Assembly (NCBI GenBank): GCA_965208325.1
Contig: OZ242326.1
Coordinates: 2,752,001 to 2,816,000 of the forward strand
Length of the DNA stretch: 64,000 nt
From: Candidatus Poribacteria bacterium
GTDB lineage: Bacteria > Poribacteria > WGA-4E > PCPOR2b
Direction: 5' to 3'
Position 1 is the first letter of the stretch; each line of letters begins with the position of its first letter. The notes beneath the pieces were generated by a model. The model ran no database searches, was not told where the DNA came from, and saw only the letters and a list, made by a program, of their open reading frames with translations. Positions 1 to 9,397 of the stretch are shown here, piece by piece. Both the position numbers and the translations under genes were made by a program.

Positions 1-1484
1 TCGCTCATTAGTTCAATCTTTGCATTAGGTACAGGACGCAGCGATGAGAGCGAGTTGACCCATACCCACAACACATCCGCTGACTTTTTCGCCATGATGC
101 CGAGGTCGGTGAGCATAACCCACTGCGTAGCGCTCCGCCAACGGCGGTCGAAATCACGCGCCGTAACCTTAAAAATACCGATGTGATCGGCTGACAGGTA
201 ATCCTTTAAAAGGATAGGCGTTGTAACCTCGTCATTAAGTACAGACTGAATTGCAACCTCTTCAGTGTGCAGGGACTCACCTAGATTTCGCGCATAATCC
301 GACCAACCCTGCGCACTAGCGAGATAAACCAGATTATTTGCAAACACCTTCTCGAATTCAACCTGCACCTTGTTGACGTTAATTGTCGCCAAACCGAGGT
401 TTAATGCACCATCTCTGGGTAGATAGCGTCCCTCACCGATGAAACGGAGATTCGGTCTCAGGTTTGGAATTGCCACTGTTGTGGAAAACTCTTTCCGGAG
501 TACCGCGTTATCTTCCGAACGCAACCCCTGCTTAACTGTTACTGTATAACGTTCAGCAGGCTTAAAGTCACCTAAAATTCTCAAATAGCGGTATCGGCTA
601 GCAAGTCGAAAATCTATCTCGGGTTCCACCACTATATACGGTTTGGCATCCTTGATATCAACGCTCGAACTCACCTCAACCTCAATATAACGTCCGTCGC
701 CGCTGCTACGGGGGGATACGCGGGTGATGAGCAAATCATCGTGCCGCTTTAGGACAATTGGCGTGATATGAGCCTTCTTAAGACCGAGATGACCGTCAAT
801 CGGCTTGAAACCCTTATCGATTTTCATCTGAATGCGCTGATCACCGTCACCCCGTACAACTTCCTCTGTCTCTAATTCTACAATGTACGCCTCCGGCGCA
901 CGCGTGCGTATATGATAGGGAATTTTCGCGCCGCCTTCGTGCGAAATCGAGAGCCGTTCCCTCAACGTTATGGCGCTGACACGATAATTGAATTCGACCG
1001 TGCCGATAATCTTCGCATGGCTCTTTTTTTTGGTACTGTATTCAAACGCAAGCCGAGAACTCCGTACCTGAAAACGCTCGGTGAAAAAAGCAAACTTGCG
1101 TTTCCCGGTAATCGTAAATTTTGGCGATGAAGGTATTTTCGGGGATACTTCTGCAGTGTATTCGGTGGACGGGGAAAGGGAAACTATCGGGAAGAAACGA
1201 AGCGTGTTAAGTGCAATCCAGCGGAATTTGCCCGGAATTTGAGGAGTGAACCTGACGGGTATTTCGTCCACATCTTGGTTAATGACGGTGCTCTCAACAA
1301 CCGGGCGAGAGAATGCAATGGTAAAATTCCCATGCGGTTTTACTTGGCCCTCCGGCGAAAACGTCTCAACGTAGACTTGATCCATTTCTCTTGTGTTATG
1401 GATCCCAATATAGATTGCCCCAGCAACAATAATGAAGGAGAGGACACCGATGATGGCGAGCAGTTGTCTGTTGGTGAGTTTCAT
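1..1484 (-). CDS. Bacterial alpha-2-macroglobulin family protein, N-terminal part (runs off the left edge)
   Basis: Manually translated; absent from the ORF track because its stop is outside the window. ATG at 1484 with GGAGG RBS. MKLTNRQLLAIIGVLSFIIVAGAIYIG N-terminal TM, Ig-like/MG segments (FTPQIPGKFRWIALNTLRFFP; GDFKPAERYTVTVKQGL) and the typical QWVMLTDLGIMAKK..LWVWVNSLSSLRPVPNAKIEL segment. Confidence 0.8.
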   Translation of the reverse strand, partial: MKLTNRQLLAIIGVLSFIIVAGAIYIGIHNTREMDQVYVETFSPEGQVKPHGNFTIAFSRPVVESTVINQDVDEIPVRFTPQIPGKFRWIALNTLRFFPIVSLSPSTEYTAEVSPKIPSSPKFTITGKRKFAFFTERFQVRSSRLAFEYSTKKKSHAKIIGTVEFNYRVSAITLRERLSISHEGGAKIPYHIRTRAPEAYIVELETEEVVRGDGDQRIQMKIDKGFKPIDGHLGLKKAHITPIVLKRHDDLLITRVSPRSSGDGRYIEVEVSSSVDIKDAKPYIVVEPEIDFRLASRYRYLRILGDFKPAERYTVTVKQGLRSEDNAVLRKEFSTTVAIPNLRPNLRFIGEGRYLPRDGALNLGLATINVNKVQVEFEKVFANNLVYLASAQGWSDYARNLGESLHTEEVAIQSVLNDEVTTPILLKDYLSADHIGIFKVTARDFDRRWRSATQWVMLTDLGIMAKKSADVLWVWVNSLSSLRPVPNAKIELMS

Positions 1485-1556
1485 GTTTGTTTCCTCCTAT
1501 ACTAAACTAGACGATACTGTTTATTGTTGGTTTACGTGCAAAGCATCCAAATCACT

Positions 1557-1581
1557 GTAGGAGCGATCTCCGAATCTCGGC
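1557..1581 (+). repeat. GTAG-REP family A copy (GTAGGAGCGATCTCCGAATC(T/G)CG)
   Basis: Near-identical copies at 23350, 27836 and about 34966. Confidence 0.75.
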
Positions 1582-1749
1582 GTCAAATCTCGGCTTCTTC
1601 GATTGTGGGCGCGACATGCTCGTTTCGGGATTATCGTTCCAACCAGCTTAAACCCATGGCACAAACACGTGCTTCTTGGGAAGATTTTTGCATTGAACAC
1701 CGGCCTACTGTATGCTACACTCACGCAGTGTCTAAAGGGGAGGATAGGG

Positions 1750-1983
1750 ATGGTATCAAACACCGGCCAGACACCAAACGTAGATGAATTGATCGAACTT
1801 GCAGAGAGGAATTTGATTGAACTGGGCATCAAAGGGGCTTCCGTCTCCCATCACGGCGCGATTGTGCGCATCCAAGTGCCAGAATCGGATTTTAATCGAA
1901 CTATTCAGCTGCGCGAATCAATTGTAAATCGGCTTAAAGCAATCGGCTATCGGTATGTCGCCCTCGATTTAAACGAAAATTAA
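1750..1983 (+). CDS. Small protein resembling the C-terminal domain of LarE (sacrificial sulfur transferase)
   Basis: ATG 1750 after GGGGAGG. AERNLIELGIKGASVSHHGAIVRIQV...LKAIGYRYVALDL matches the LarE C-terminal pattern; no PP-loop domain. Confidence 0.6.
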   Translation: MVSNTGQTPNVDELIELAERNLIELGIKGASVSHHGAIVRIQVPESDFNRTIQLRESIVNRLKAIGYRYVALDLNEN

Positions 1984-2009
1984 CGACACACGACTCGGAG
2001 GTGTAAAGA

Positions 2010-3173
2010 ATGTCCGTTTTGGAATGGCCCACGGGTCTGACCGTGTATAAGCCTGAAAAGTGCTGCAACGGATACACCGTCTATTCGCCGCATCTCAGCC
2101 CATACGTGTACATGATCGACATGAACGGCGAGGTAGTTCACATGTGGGCGGTGAATATGCAAAAGGACGATGATAATCAAGGGACAACCATCGGAACGAC
2201 ATGGTACCACAAATTCTTGCCGAAGGGGAATCTCCTCGTTTTCGTTAACCGATTTGGGGTCAAGGAACTCGACTGGGATAGCCGCGTTGTCTGGGAATAC
2301 CGTGACAAGAATGCGCATCACGACTTCGTTCGATTGGACAACGGCAACACCATGATACTCACGCGCGAGTTGGGTATCAGTGAACCCCGGATTTCGGATA
2401 AGCCAGTTTATGACGACCGATTCATCGAAGTCACGCCATCAGGTGAAATTGTTTGGGAATGGCGGTCTATTGACCACTACGATGACTTTGAGTTCACTCC
2501 GGAGGCGAAGCGCCTGATTCGAGAACGCGGGCTTAGAAATGGAGGCGTAGACTGGCTGCACACCAACACACTAGAGGTTTTGCCCAACGGGAACATCTCA
2601 ACATGTTTCAGAGAAGTTGGTATGATCGCCATCGTTGACAAAAACACCGGAAGGTTCCTGTGGAAATATGATAACCTCGTCGGCCCGCATCACCCCAACA
2701 TGCTCGAGAACGGCAACATCATTGTCTATGATAACGGCGGACAAAGCGGGTATCCATTGCGATGGCGCAACTACACGCGTCTGCTAGAGATAAACCCGCA
2801 GACCAACGAGATTGTCTGGGAGTACAGCTACCTGCCGCAGAATTGGGAGCGGACGCATTTCTCCAGTCTGCAAGGCCGCCATAGAAGTCAGTTTTTTAGC
2901 ACTGCGTGGGGGTCAATTCAGCGGCTTCCCAACGGCAATACGTTTTCGCTGGATGCCACCGGCGGGCGCCTATTCGAAATTACGGCGGAGGGCGAGATTG
3001 TATGGGAATACGTTAATCCCTACCTGAGCTTCAGTTTTGAACCGTACGCAGCGGGATCGAGTGTCAACAGAGGCGTTTACCGGTGTTACAGAATCTCTTA
3101 TGAAGACGCGCCGCAGGCATCCACGCACGGGACCTCGGGCAAAGCGCTCTACAGACCAGGGTATAGGATATGA
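2010..3173 (+). CDS. Aryl-sulfate sulfotransferase (ASST) family beta-propeller, no signal peptide
   Basis: HHDF, DWLHTN, GPHHPN..DNG, QRLPNGNT and repeated G(E/K)IVWEY motifs; GGAGG RBS. Confidence 0.85.
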   Translation: MSVLEWPTGLTVYKPEKCCNGYTVYSPHLSPYVYMIDMNGEVVHMWAVNMQKDDDNQGTTIGTTWYHKFLPKGNLLVFVNRFGVKELDWDSRVVWEYRDKNAHHDFVRLDNGNTMILTRELGISEPRISDKPVYDDRFIEVTPSGEIVWEWRSIDHYDDFEFTPEAKRLIRERGLRNGGVDWLHTNTLEVLPNGNISTCFREVGMIAIVDKNTGRFLWKYDNLVGPHHPNMLENGNIIVYDNGGQSGYPLRWRNYTRLLEINPQTNEIVWEYSYLPQNWERTHFSSLQGRHRSQFFSTAWGSIQRLPNGNTFSLDATGGRLFEITAEGEIVWEYVNPYLSFSFEPYAAGSSVNRGVYRCYRISYEDAPQASTHGTSGKALYRPGYRI

Positions 3174-3225
3174 ACTCAGGGTCTAGTTCATACCAAACCC
3201 AAAGATTCCAAGTCTCGGTCTTCGT

Positions 3226-4611
3226 TTAGGAGTTGACAACCTTGCCCGGATTCATGATGTTCTGCGGGTCGATAGTCCGCTTGATAGCTCGCATCAGGGT
3301 GACCGCGTCACCGTGCTCCGCTAGCAAATACTTCATTTTGCCCAACCCAACACCATGTTCGCCCGTGCAAGTGCCATCCAATGCGAGCGCACGCATTACA
3401 AGCCGTTCATTTAGACGCTCCGCTTCGGCAACTTCCTCGGTGTCCTCCGGATTGATAAGAAAAACAACGTGGAAATTACCGTCTCCCACGTGGCCAAGGA
3501 TTGGCGCGGTAAGGAATGATTCGCGAAGATCCTTCTTGGTTTCGATGATACATTCGGCGAGCCGAGAGATGGGTACGCACACATCAGTAGGCCAACCTTT
3601 ACGGCCGGGGGACATCGCTTGTGCGGCATAATAGGCATCGTGTCGAGCCTGCCATAACTTGCTGCGTGCTTCCGCCTCGGTCGCCCACTGAAAACCGCCT
3701 CCGCCGAATTCCGATACAATATCTCCCACCAATTCCGCCTGCTCTTTGACACCCGCTTCAGTACCGTGAAACTCCATGAACAAGGTCGGCTGCACCGGAT
3801 AATCGAGGTCGGAATATCTGTTTACCGCTTCCATCTGAACCTCATCCAGCAGTTCCATCCGTGCTACCGGAACGCCGAACTGAATTGTTCGGATAACGGC
3901 GTTTACCGCCCCTTCAATATCCGTGAAAGACACCACCGCCGCAGAAATCGCCGCTGGAACCCCGTAGAGTTTAAGTGTGACTTCGGTAATGACGCCGAGC
4001 GTGCCTTCCGAACCTACGAACAACCGCGTCAAATCGTAGCCTGCCGACGATTTCCGCGCCCGGCGCGAAGTTTTAATAATCCTCCCATCTGGCAGCACGA
4101 CGCTAAGCCCAAGTACGTTCTCCAACATCGTCCCGTAACGGACGGCGTTGGTGCCGCTTGCGCGCGTAGATGCCATTCCGCCAATGGAAGCATCGGCGCC
4201 CGGATCAATTGGGAAGAACAAGCCCGTGCCCCGCAGGTGTTCATTCAATTGCTTGCGAGTGACACCGGCTTGGACAGTACAGTCCAGATCGGAGGGATTC
4301 ACCGCTAGGACATCCTTCATCTGGGAAAGGTCAATGCAGATACCGCCGTGCAGCGCAATCGCATTGCCTTCAACCCCGGTGCCGGTGCCAAACGGGATGA
4401 TTGGTGTGCTGTGGGCGGCGCAAATCTTGACAATTTCCGCAACTTCTGCCGTCGAATCGGGTAAGCAGACAGCATCAGGAGGACGCGGTTTATGGTAGGA
4501 TGCGTCTCTGCTGCGATTCGCAAGTGCCGAGGCGGATGTGGAAACTCGCTCTCCGAGAAGCACCCGCAACTCATGAATCACAGCGTTGAGTACAGCAGAA
4601 GTAACGCGCAT
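3226..4611 (-). CDS. FAD-linked oxidase, D-lactate dehydrogenase (cytochrome)-like
   Basis: PIDPGADASIGGM, KSSAGYDL, GSEGTLG, GHVGDGNFH and TGEHGVG motifs. Confidence 0.9.
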   Translation of the reverse strand: MRVTSAVLNAVIHELRVLLGERVSTSASALANRSRDASYHKPRPPDAVCLPDSTAEVAEIVKICAAHSTPIIPFGTGTGVEGNAIALHGGICIDLSQMKDVLAVNPSDLDCTVQAGVTRKQLNEHLRGTGLFFPIDPGADASIGGMASTRASGTNAVRYGTMLENVLGLSVVLPDGRIIKTSRRARKSSAGYDLTRLFVGSEGTLGVITEVTLKLYGVPAAISAAVVSFTDIEGAVNAVIRTIQFGVPVARMELLDEVQMEAVNRYSDLDYPVQPTLFMEFHGTEAGVKEQAELVGDIVSEFGGGGFQWATEAEARSKLWQARHDAYYAAQAMSPGRKGWPTDVCVPISRLAECIIETKKDLRESFLTAPILGHVGDGNFHVVFLINPEDTEEVAEAERLNERLVMRALALDGTCTGEHGVGLGKMKYLLAEHGDAVTLMRAIKRTIDPQNIMNPGKVVNS

Positions 4612-4642
4612 GGTGGGAAGTTTCAGATTCTCTAATTCAAAA

Positions 4643-4679
4643 ATTTCAGATGAGGGATTCTGGGAAAGTCATCTGAAAT
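4643..4679. terminator. Intergenic inverted repeat (ATTTCAGATGA...TCATCTGAAAT), possible terminator or stabilising hairpin
   Basis: 11-bp perfect inverted repeat between the SDR and FAD-oxidase genes. Confidence 0.4.
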
Positions 4680-4703
4680 CTCTAAGCATCTTTCTCAGTT
4701 GAG

Positions 4704-5483
4704 TTAATGTGTACACCTGCCGCCGTCAACGTTGATAGATTGTCCCGTGATATAAGCTGCATCATCGCTCACCAGAAAAGCTGCCATCCTGGCAATGTCT
4801 TCCGGCTCGGCTCTCGGTCCCAGTGGCGCAGCAGGTATCTGTATGAGTTCTTCGGGTATCTTGCCGTCGTCCACGTACGCCCGCATTTTAGCGAGGACTG
4901 ATTTTCCCATGTGCGTATCCACAACGCCGGGACATATTGCGTTTACTGTAATCTCGTGGGGTGCAAGCGCCATCGCAGCCGATTGCGTTAGGTTAATTAT
5001 GGCGGATTTGCTGGCGGCGTAGGCTGCTAAAACAGGCCGCCCAGACTTGCCCGCTACCGAGGAGATGTTTACGATTCGGCCGCACCGTCCTTGATTTATC
5101 ATCGCTTTGGCTGCCGCCTGCATGCCGAATAGCATGCCCTTCAGGTTTACCGCAAATACACCGTCCCATTCATCCTCGGTGATTTCCAAGAAGGGTTTGA
5201 CGTGTCCAACGCCGGCGTTGTTGACCATGATATCAAGCCGCCCGAAGTCCTCGGCTGCTTTATCAGCCATCGCCTCAATCTGGGATTGAACCGTCACATC
5301 GACCAGAAGCGGCAGCGCATCCGCGCCCACGGTTTTGATCTCATCGGCTACCGCGCGCGCCGTGTCTAAATTTCGGTCAGCGACTACCACATTGGCGCCA
5401 TTTCGCGCCAACTCAAGCGCAATTCCACGGCCGACACCCCTTCCACTACCTGTGACAACAGCAACTCGCCCTGCCAGCTTCAT
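4704..5483 (-). CDS. Short-chain dehydrogenase/reductase (acetoin/sorbitol dehydrogenase-like)
   Basis: TGSGRGVG, NNAG and YAASK motifs; likely start MKLAGR at 5483 (ORF track extends to 5570). Confidence 0.9.
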   Translation of the reverse strand: MKLAGRVAVVTGSGRGVGRGIALELARNGANVVVADRNLDTARAVADEIKTVGADALPLLVDVTVQSQIEAMADKAAEDFGRLDIMVNNAGVGHVKPFLEITEDEWDGVFAVNLKGMLFGMQAAAKAMINQGRCGRIVNISSVAGKSGRPVLAAYAASKSAIINLTQSAAMALAPHEITVNAICPGVVDTHMGKSVLAKMRAYVDDGKIPEELIQIPAAPLGPRAEPEDIARMAAFLVSDDAAYITGQSINVDGGRCTH

Positions 5484-5505
5484 AATACGTCGCCTCACTG
5501 TCAAT

Positions 5506-6345
5506 TCAAAACTCTTGGTACCCATCCAAGAAATCTTTAACCACGTGATAAAAGCGCTCAGGTTTCTCAACCATCGGTGCGTGATGCGAACCTTGAAATT
5601 CGTAAAATAGCCCGTTGAGCCTTTCGGCTAAACGCTCTGAGGCAGCGCGGGACACATACGGGTCATACTGTCCATGAATTACCAACACATCCGCTGAACA
5701 AGGCTCGAGGTCATCCAAGAGGTCACAGGCACACACCTGTTTTAAAAGTGTCGCCGCAGCTCGCACATCAACCTCCGCCAAGCTTTGCTGCTCATTTTTT
5801 GCAGCGGTCCACGATCTGAGCGCAATGAGTTTGCCGAGTTTGACTAAGGGAATCTGGAGTCCAATTGGTAGGGTCTTGAATGCACTTAAACAGTTTGTCA
5901 CAAGTTTCGGCCGATTCGCAACCGGATGCAGCCATTTCACATCAGTTACGGGCGCGCCGCACACAATCACGCGCTTCGCGGGAAGCATACGCTTAAGCAA
6001 TAGCAGCGATAGCTGCGCACCCATCGAATGGCCCAACAAACCGTGTAACTCCTGCTCATTTGTAATTTCCAAAATAAATTCGGCGAGGATTGCGGCATAA
6101 ATCTCAAGTGTCGTGTAATCCAGCGAAATCGCCGGAGTTTGTCCAAACGACGGCAAATCGAGTGCCCACACCTCATAATGCCGGCCAAGCCTCTCACCCA
6201 AATCCATCCACCTTAGGCTTGAATCTAACCAGCCGTGTACCAGCAGCACCCTAGGACCGTGTCCCCACCTTCTTACAAGGATTGGGGTTTTCCCATTAGT
6301 CGAAACTTTGAGGTCGTTTTCGAGGTCAATGTAGAAGCGTTCCAT
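5506..6345 (-). CDS. Alpha/beta fold hydrolase
   Basis: LLVHGW, DLPSFG, GHSMG nucleophile elbow, G-x-x-D and catalytic His (SHHAP); start 6345 or 6375. Confidence 0.85.
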   Translation of the reverse strand: MERFYIDLENDLKVSTNGKTPILVRRWGHGPRVLLVHGWLDSSLRWMDLGERLGRHYEVWALDLPSFGQTPAISLDYTTLEIYAAILAEFILEITNEQELHGLLGHSMGAQLSLLLLKRMLPAKRVIVCGAPVTDVKWLHPVANRPKLVTNCLSAFKTLPIGLQIPLVKLGKLIALRSWTAAKNEQQSLAEVDVRAAATLLKQVCACDLLDDLEPCSADVLVIHGQYDPYVSRAASERLAERLNGLFYEFQGSHHAPMVEKPERFYHVVKDFLDGYQEF

Positions 6346-6524
6346 ATCTTTATGTGTAGCTATTGAGTCTATCAACCGAGCTGTTTTTCAGGATGTGCGT
6401 AACCCGAAACGATAACATAACCCCTACTAGACGTCAAGCAAATACAGACGGCGCTAGGGTTTGCCGCGGCGTGGATCGCCGGATTCTACCGCAGCACAAA
6501 ATCCGAAAACAACGGTAAATCAAC

Positions 6525-6553
6525 TTGAATTTATTGGGTATCCATCATACAAT
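6525..6553 (+). promoter_or_regulatory. Sigma-70-type promoter with no downstream + strand gene
   Basis: TTGAAT-17 nt-TACAAT. Confidence 0.6.
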
Positions 6554-6560
6554 GAAACAT

Positions 6561-6757
6561 GTAAAGCGCATTTGGAAGAACGCGTCCAACAGTTCAGTCT
6601 ATTTTTGCACATCATTCGGTAAGTGCGGTTTCCACACGCACCCACCAACTAGTCAAATACCGCTACGGAGCGGAAACCGGTAGAACTCTTGCTGAAATCC
6701 ACCACAGGATTGGCGGGTGAAGTTTGTCGTTTTAATCGCTGAATGCTTAATGCGCAA
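6561..6757 (+). ncRNA. Candidate structured ncRNA of about 190 nt (6S-sized, family unassigned)
   Basis: Follows the promoter; ends pair (GCGCATT 6566-6572 / AATGCGC 6749-6755); several internal helices. Confidence 0.4.
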
Positions 6758-6763
6758 GTTCTC

Positions 6764-7144
6764 TCAGTCAGCCTCAATACGCGCAGATCCCCACTCTTTC
6801 CCTTCGGGTTCACCTAATTCAACTTCAACAGCTTTAAGTTGCACATCGAATCTTTTCAATTCTTCAGAAACGTGCGTAAAAAAATACGCGGACAACATTT
6901 CACAGGTTGGACACGCCATCTGTTCTTCGGTCAAAGCTGGATTTTCATTCAGATAGGTGTTAGCAACGTTTTGGACAAGCGGATCGGTAATCTCGCGTAA
7001 CTTCAGGATGTCGATAACCATTCCATTTTTCGGTATCCCTTTCACAAATAGCTTCAGCGTCCAGTGATGCGTGTGCGGCGTCTCACGCACCGACAAACTG
7101 TGGCTCGCATAGAATTCAAATGGAACGATGACAGTGGTGTACAA
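6764..7144 (-). CDS. 6-pyruvoyl-tetrahydropterin synthase / QueD-like T-fold protein
   Basis: F-x-A-S-H, ETPHTH metal motif, GMVID, YLNE, PTCE; TTG start with AAAGGAG RBS. Confidence 0.8.
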   Translation of the reverse strand: MYTTVIVPFEFYASHSLSVRETPHTHHWTLKLFVKGIPKNGMVIDILKLREITDPLVQNVANTYLNENPALTEEQMACPTCEMLSAYFFTHVSEELKRFDVQLKAVEVELGEPEGKEWGSARIEAD

Positions 7145-7184
7145 TGCTCTTCTCCTTTCACATATTTAAATTTGGACAAGGATT

Positions 7185-7213
7185 ATAATAAGAAATCCGA
7201 TAACTCCTGTCAA
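7185..7213 (-). promoter_or_regulatory. Sigma-70 promoter of the PTPS gene
   Basis: TTGACA-17 nt-TATTAT on the minus strand. Confidence 0.6.
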
Positions 7214-7247
7214 GCGGTAACACCAATTCCCGTTTTCGCGCCTTAAA

Positions 7248-7445
7248 GTAGCAAGCACACTCCGTGTGCCGTAACCATAGCAGACTTTCGAGAAATACCA
7301 TAACCCGCTTCCCAATGCTCCAATCGCACTTCAATTCAACCCATATAGTAGCAGGCACACTCCGTGTGCCGCAGCCGCAGCAGACATTCGCCGAATTCAT
7401 TAACCCGCTTCCCAATGCTACATTCACACTTCATATCAACCCAAT
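7248..7445 (+). repeat. Tandem duplication of a 100-bp REP-containing unit
   Basis: GTAGCA(A/G)GCACACTCCGTGTGCC at 7248 and 7348, each followed by a homologous TAACCCGCTTCCCAATGCT..TCAACCCA tail. Confidence 0.85.
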
Positions 7446-7487
7446 CACAATTCTACCTTGTATTCAATCAAGATAAGGATTCGCCTC

Positions 7488-8681
7488 ATGCCAAAACGAA
7501 AAAAAATCGCAGCAATTATCACTGAATATCGGCCGTTGTCCCACGCCGACGTGATAGTTACAAAATTCATGAAAGGTTTCCCGACCGATGGCGGGTTAAT
7601 TCAACCTCGCGTCGACATCGTGTCAATGTATGTCGACCAATTTGCCGAAAACGATTTGAGCCGAAAACTCGCCGCCGAACACGGTGTAGAAATCTATCCA
7701 AGCATTGTAAAAGCCTTGACACTTGGCAGCGAGCAGTTGGCTGTCGATGGTGTGCTCTTAATCGCGGAACACGGAGACTATGCATGGAATGAAAAAGACC
7801 AAAACCTCTACCCGCGAAAATATTTTATGGAGCAAATCTGCGGCGTCTTTGCGAAAAGCGGTAGCGCTGTCCCCGTTTTTTGCGATAAACACCTCTCTTA
7901 CAACTGGCACGACGCCAAGTGGATGGCCGGCCGCGCAGCGCAACTGGGTTCGCCCTTCATGGCGGGTTCTTCCCTGCCGCTAACCTATCGCAACCCGTGG
8001 CTGGAACACGAGCTGGACGCCCCGATTCAGGAGGCAATCGCAATTGGTTACGCCGGGCTGGATGTCTACGGTTTTCACACGCTGGAAACGCTGCAATGTA
8101 TGCTTGAGCGCCGCCTCGGCGGCGAAACGGGGGTTGCAGCCGTGACGTGCTTAGAAGGCGATGCCGTGTGGAATACCGCTACAATTGGATTGTGGTCGTA
8201 CAAACTGGCATCGGCCGCCTGTGACGCTATTGAGAACAAACCCGCGGGGTCAATGGAGGAACATTGCCCACATCCGGCACTATTTCTCATCGAATACCGC
8301 GATGGAACACGAGGCGCGATTCTGATGTTGAATGGCTATGTTTCTGATTTCGCATATGCCTGCCGCGTTAACAACGAAATCCATAGTACAGAATTCCATT
8401 TATTGAACAGTCCTCCGCACCCCCATTTTAGTTACCTTAGCTTGAACATCGAAGAGATGTTTGTCACCGGTGAGCCGTCTTATCCCGTCGAGCGAACCCT
8501 GCTGACGACAGGTGTGCTCGAAACAGCCTTGGACTCGCGCTATCGCGGTTATGCGCGTCTTGAAACACCTCATCTAGACATTGCATATCGCGCGCACAAT
8601 ACAATTCCGTGGAGGCCAACAGGCAGCCAACCGGTTGGCGCGTCGCTTGAACCGTTGCCATTGTCAGAGTATGACGGATAA
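7488..8681 (+). CDS. Conserved hypothetical protein (Rossmann-like / oxidoreductase-like)
   Basis: Long ORF; KIAAIITEYRPLSHADVI, DGVLLIAEHGDY, PVFCDKHL, YGFHTLE and YPVERTLLT motifs. Confidence 0.75.
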   Translation: MPKRKKIAAIITEYRPLSHADVIVTKFMKGFPTDGGLIQPRVDIVSMYVDQFAENDLSRKLAAEHGVEIYPSIVKALTLGSEQLAVDGVLLIAEHGDYAWNEKDQNLYPRKYFMEQICGVFAKSGSAVPVFCDKHLSYNWHDAKWMAGRAAQLGSPFMAGSSLPLTYRNPWLEHELDAPIQEAIAIGYAGLDVYGFHTLETLQCMLERRLGGETGVAAVTCLEGDAVWNTATIGLWSYKLASAACDAIENKPAGSMEEHCPHPALFLIEYRDGTRGAILMLNGYVSDFAYACRVNNEIHSTEFHLLNSPPHPHFSYLSLNIEEMFVTGEPSYPVERTLLTTGVLETALDSRYRGYARLETPHLDIAYRAHNTIPWRPTGSQPVGASLEPLPLSEYDG

Positions 8682-8721
8682 CACACAAACGTCGAGCGCG
8701 TCACGTTTTTTCCTTTCCATT

Positions 8722-9234
8722 TCACTTGTATAATTCTGAGAACAGGTCACTGTACGATCCAGCTATCAAATCCCCTTCCAAGATTCCAATCGCATCTCTC
8801 ACACGTTGATGCTCACGCCATGCCTCCCGTTCCGTCTGACTGCGGATAACTGTCTCCAATTCGACGAACTCACCGAGATTGGCGACCCGATCTAGGTGAA
8901 TCCGCGTGTCGCCGTACAGCCACAATTCGCGCAGCTTTTCGACAATAACCTTCATACCGAGAACGGTTGACATTATCTCCTTGAACGCCCCCGGGCTGGG
9001 AATATCCCACATTTGGTAGGTGCTAAAGCGCGATTCCGCGCCGTTTGGGCGTTCGTAGTAGACGAGGTATGCCTTACCGCCATCTATCTCCCGGAGTTTT
9101 ACCCTGCCTTTCGGAGCGTTGAAATAGGTGTCAATCTGTTCCACGGTCTCGCGGTATTCCGCTTTTATATTAACTAGCTGCCGCCGCACCGATTCCAGCG
9201 AACTGCATTTGGCTTTAAGCTCTAAATTTTTCAT
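8722..9234 (-). CDS. CYTH domain protein (class IV adenylate cyclase-like)
   Basis: ExExK (NLELKAK), QIDTYF, KLRE, LGEFVELE and SYSDL. Confidence 0.9.
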   Translation of the reverse strand: MKNLELKAKCSSLESVRRQLVNIKAEYRETVEQIDTYFNAPKGRVKLREIDGGKAYLVYYERPNGAESRFSTYQMWDIPSPGAFKEIMSTVLGMKVIVEKLRELWLYGDTRIHLDRVANLGEFVELETVIRSQTEREAWREHQRVRDAIGILEGDLIAGSYSDLFSELYK

Positions 9235-9353
9235 TGAACAAATGGCATGTTTATCTGTATAATTTTGTGCTAGTATCTACTGCGAGTCTATTCTGCGGTA
9301 CTTGGAACATCTCGGCATAGCTTCCGGCTGAATTTAACTTTCTGATGAAAAAT

Positions 9354-9379
9354 TGAAACTTGGGCTATGAACTGGTGTA
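9354..9379 (+). promoter_or_regulatory. ECF-type promoter (likely autoregulatory)
   Basis: TGAAAC-16 nt-TGTA immediately upstream of the ECF sigma gene. Confidence 0.55.
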
Positions 9380-9397
9380 TACATACAATAATCACCG

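Noticed and set aside
912..1505. Plus-strand short ORFs here and the many antisense or alternate-frame ORFs across the window
   Set aside because: Shadows of longer genes with clear family motifs
7248..7445. Possible CRISPR array
   Set aside because: Only two units, the intervening sequences are homologous rather than unique spacers, and there are no cas genes
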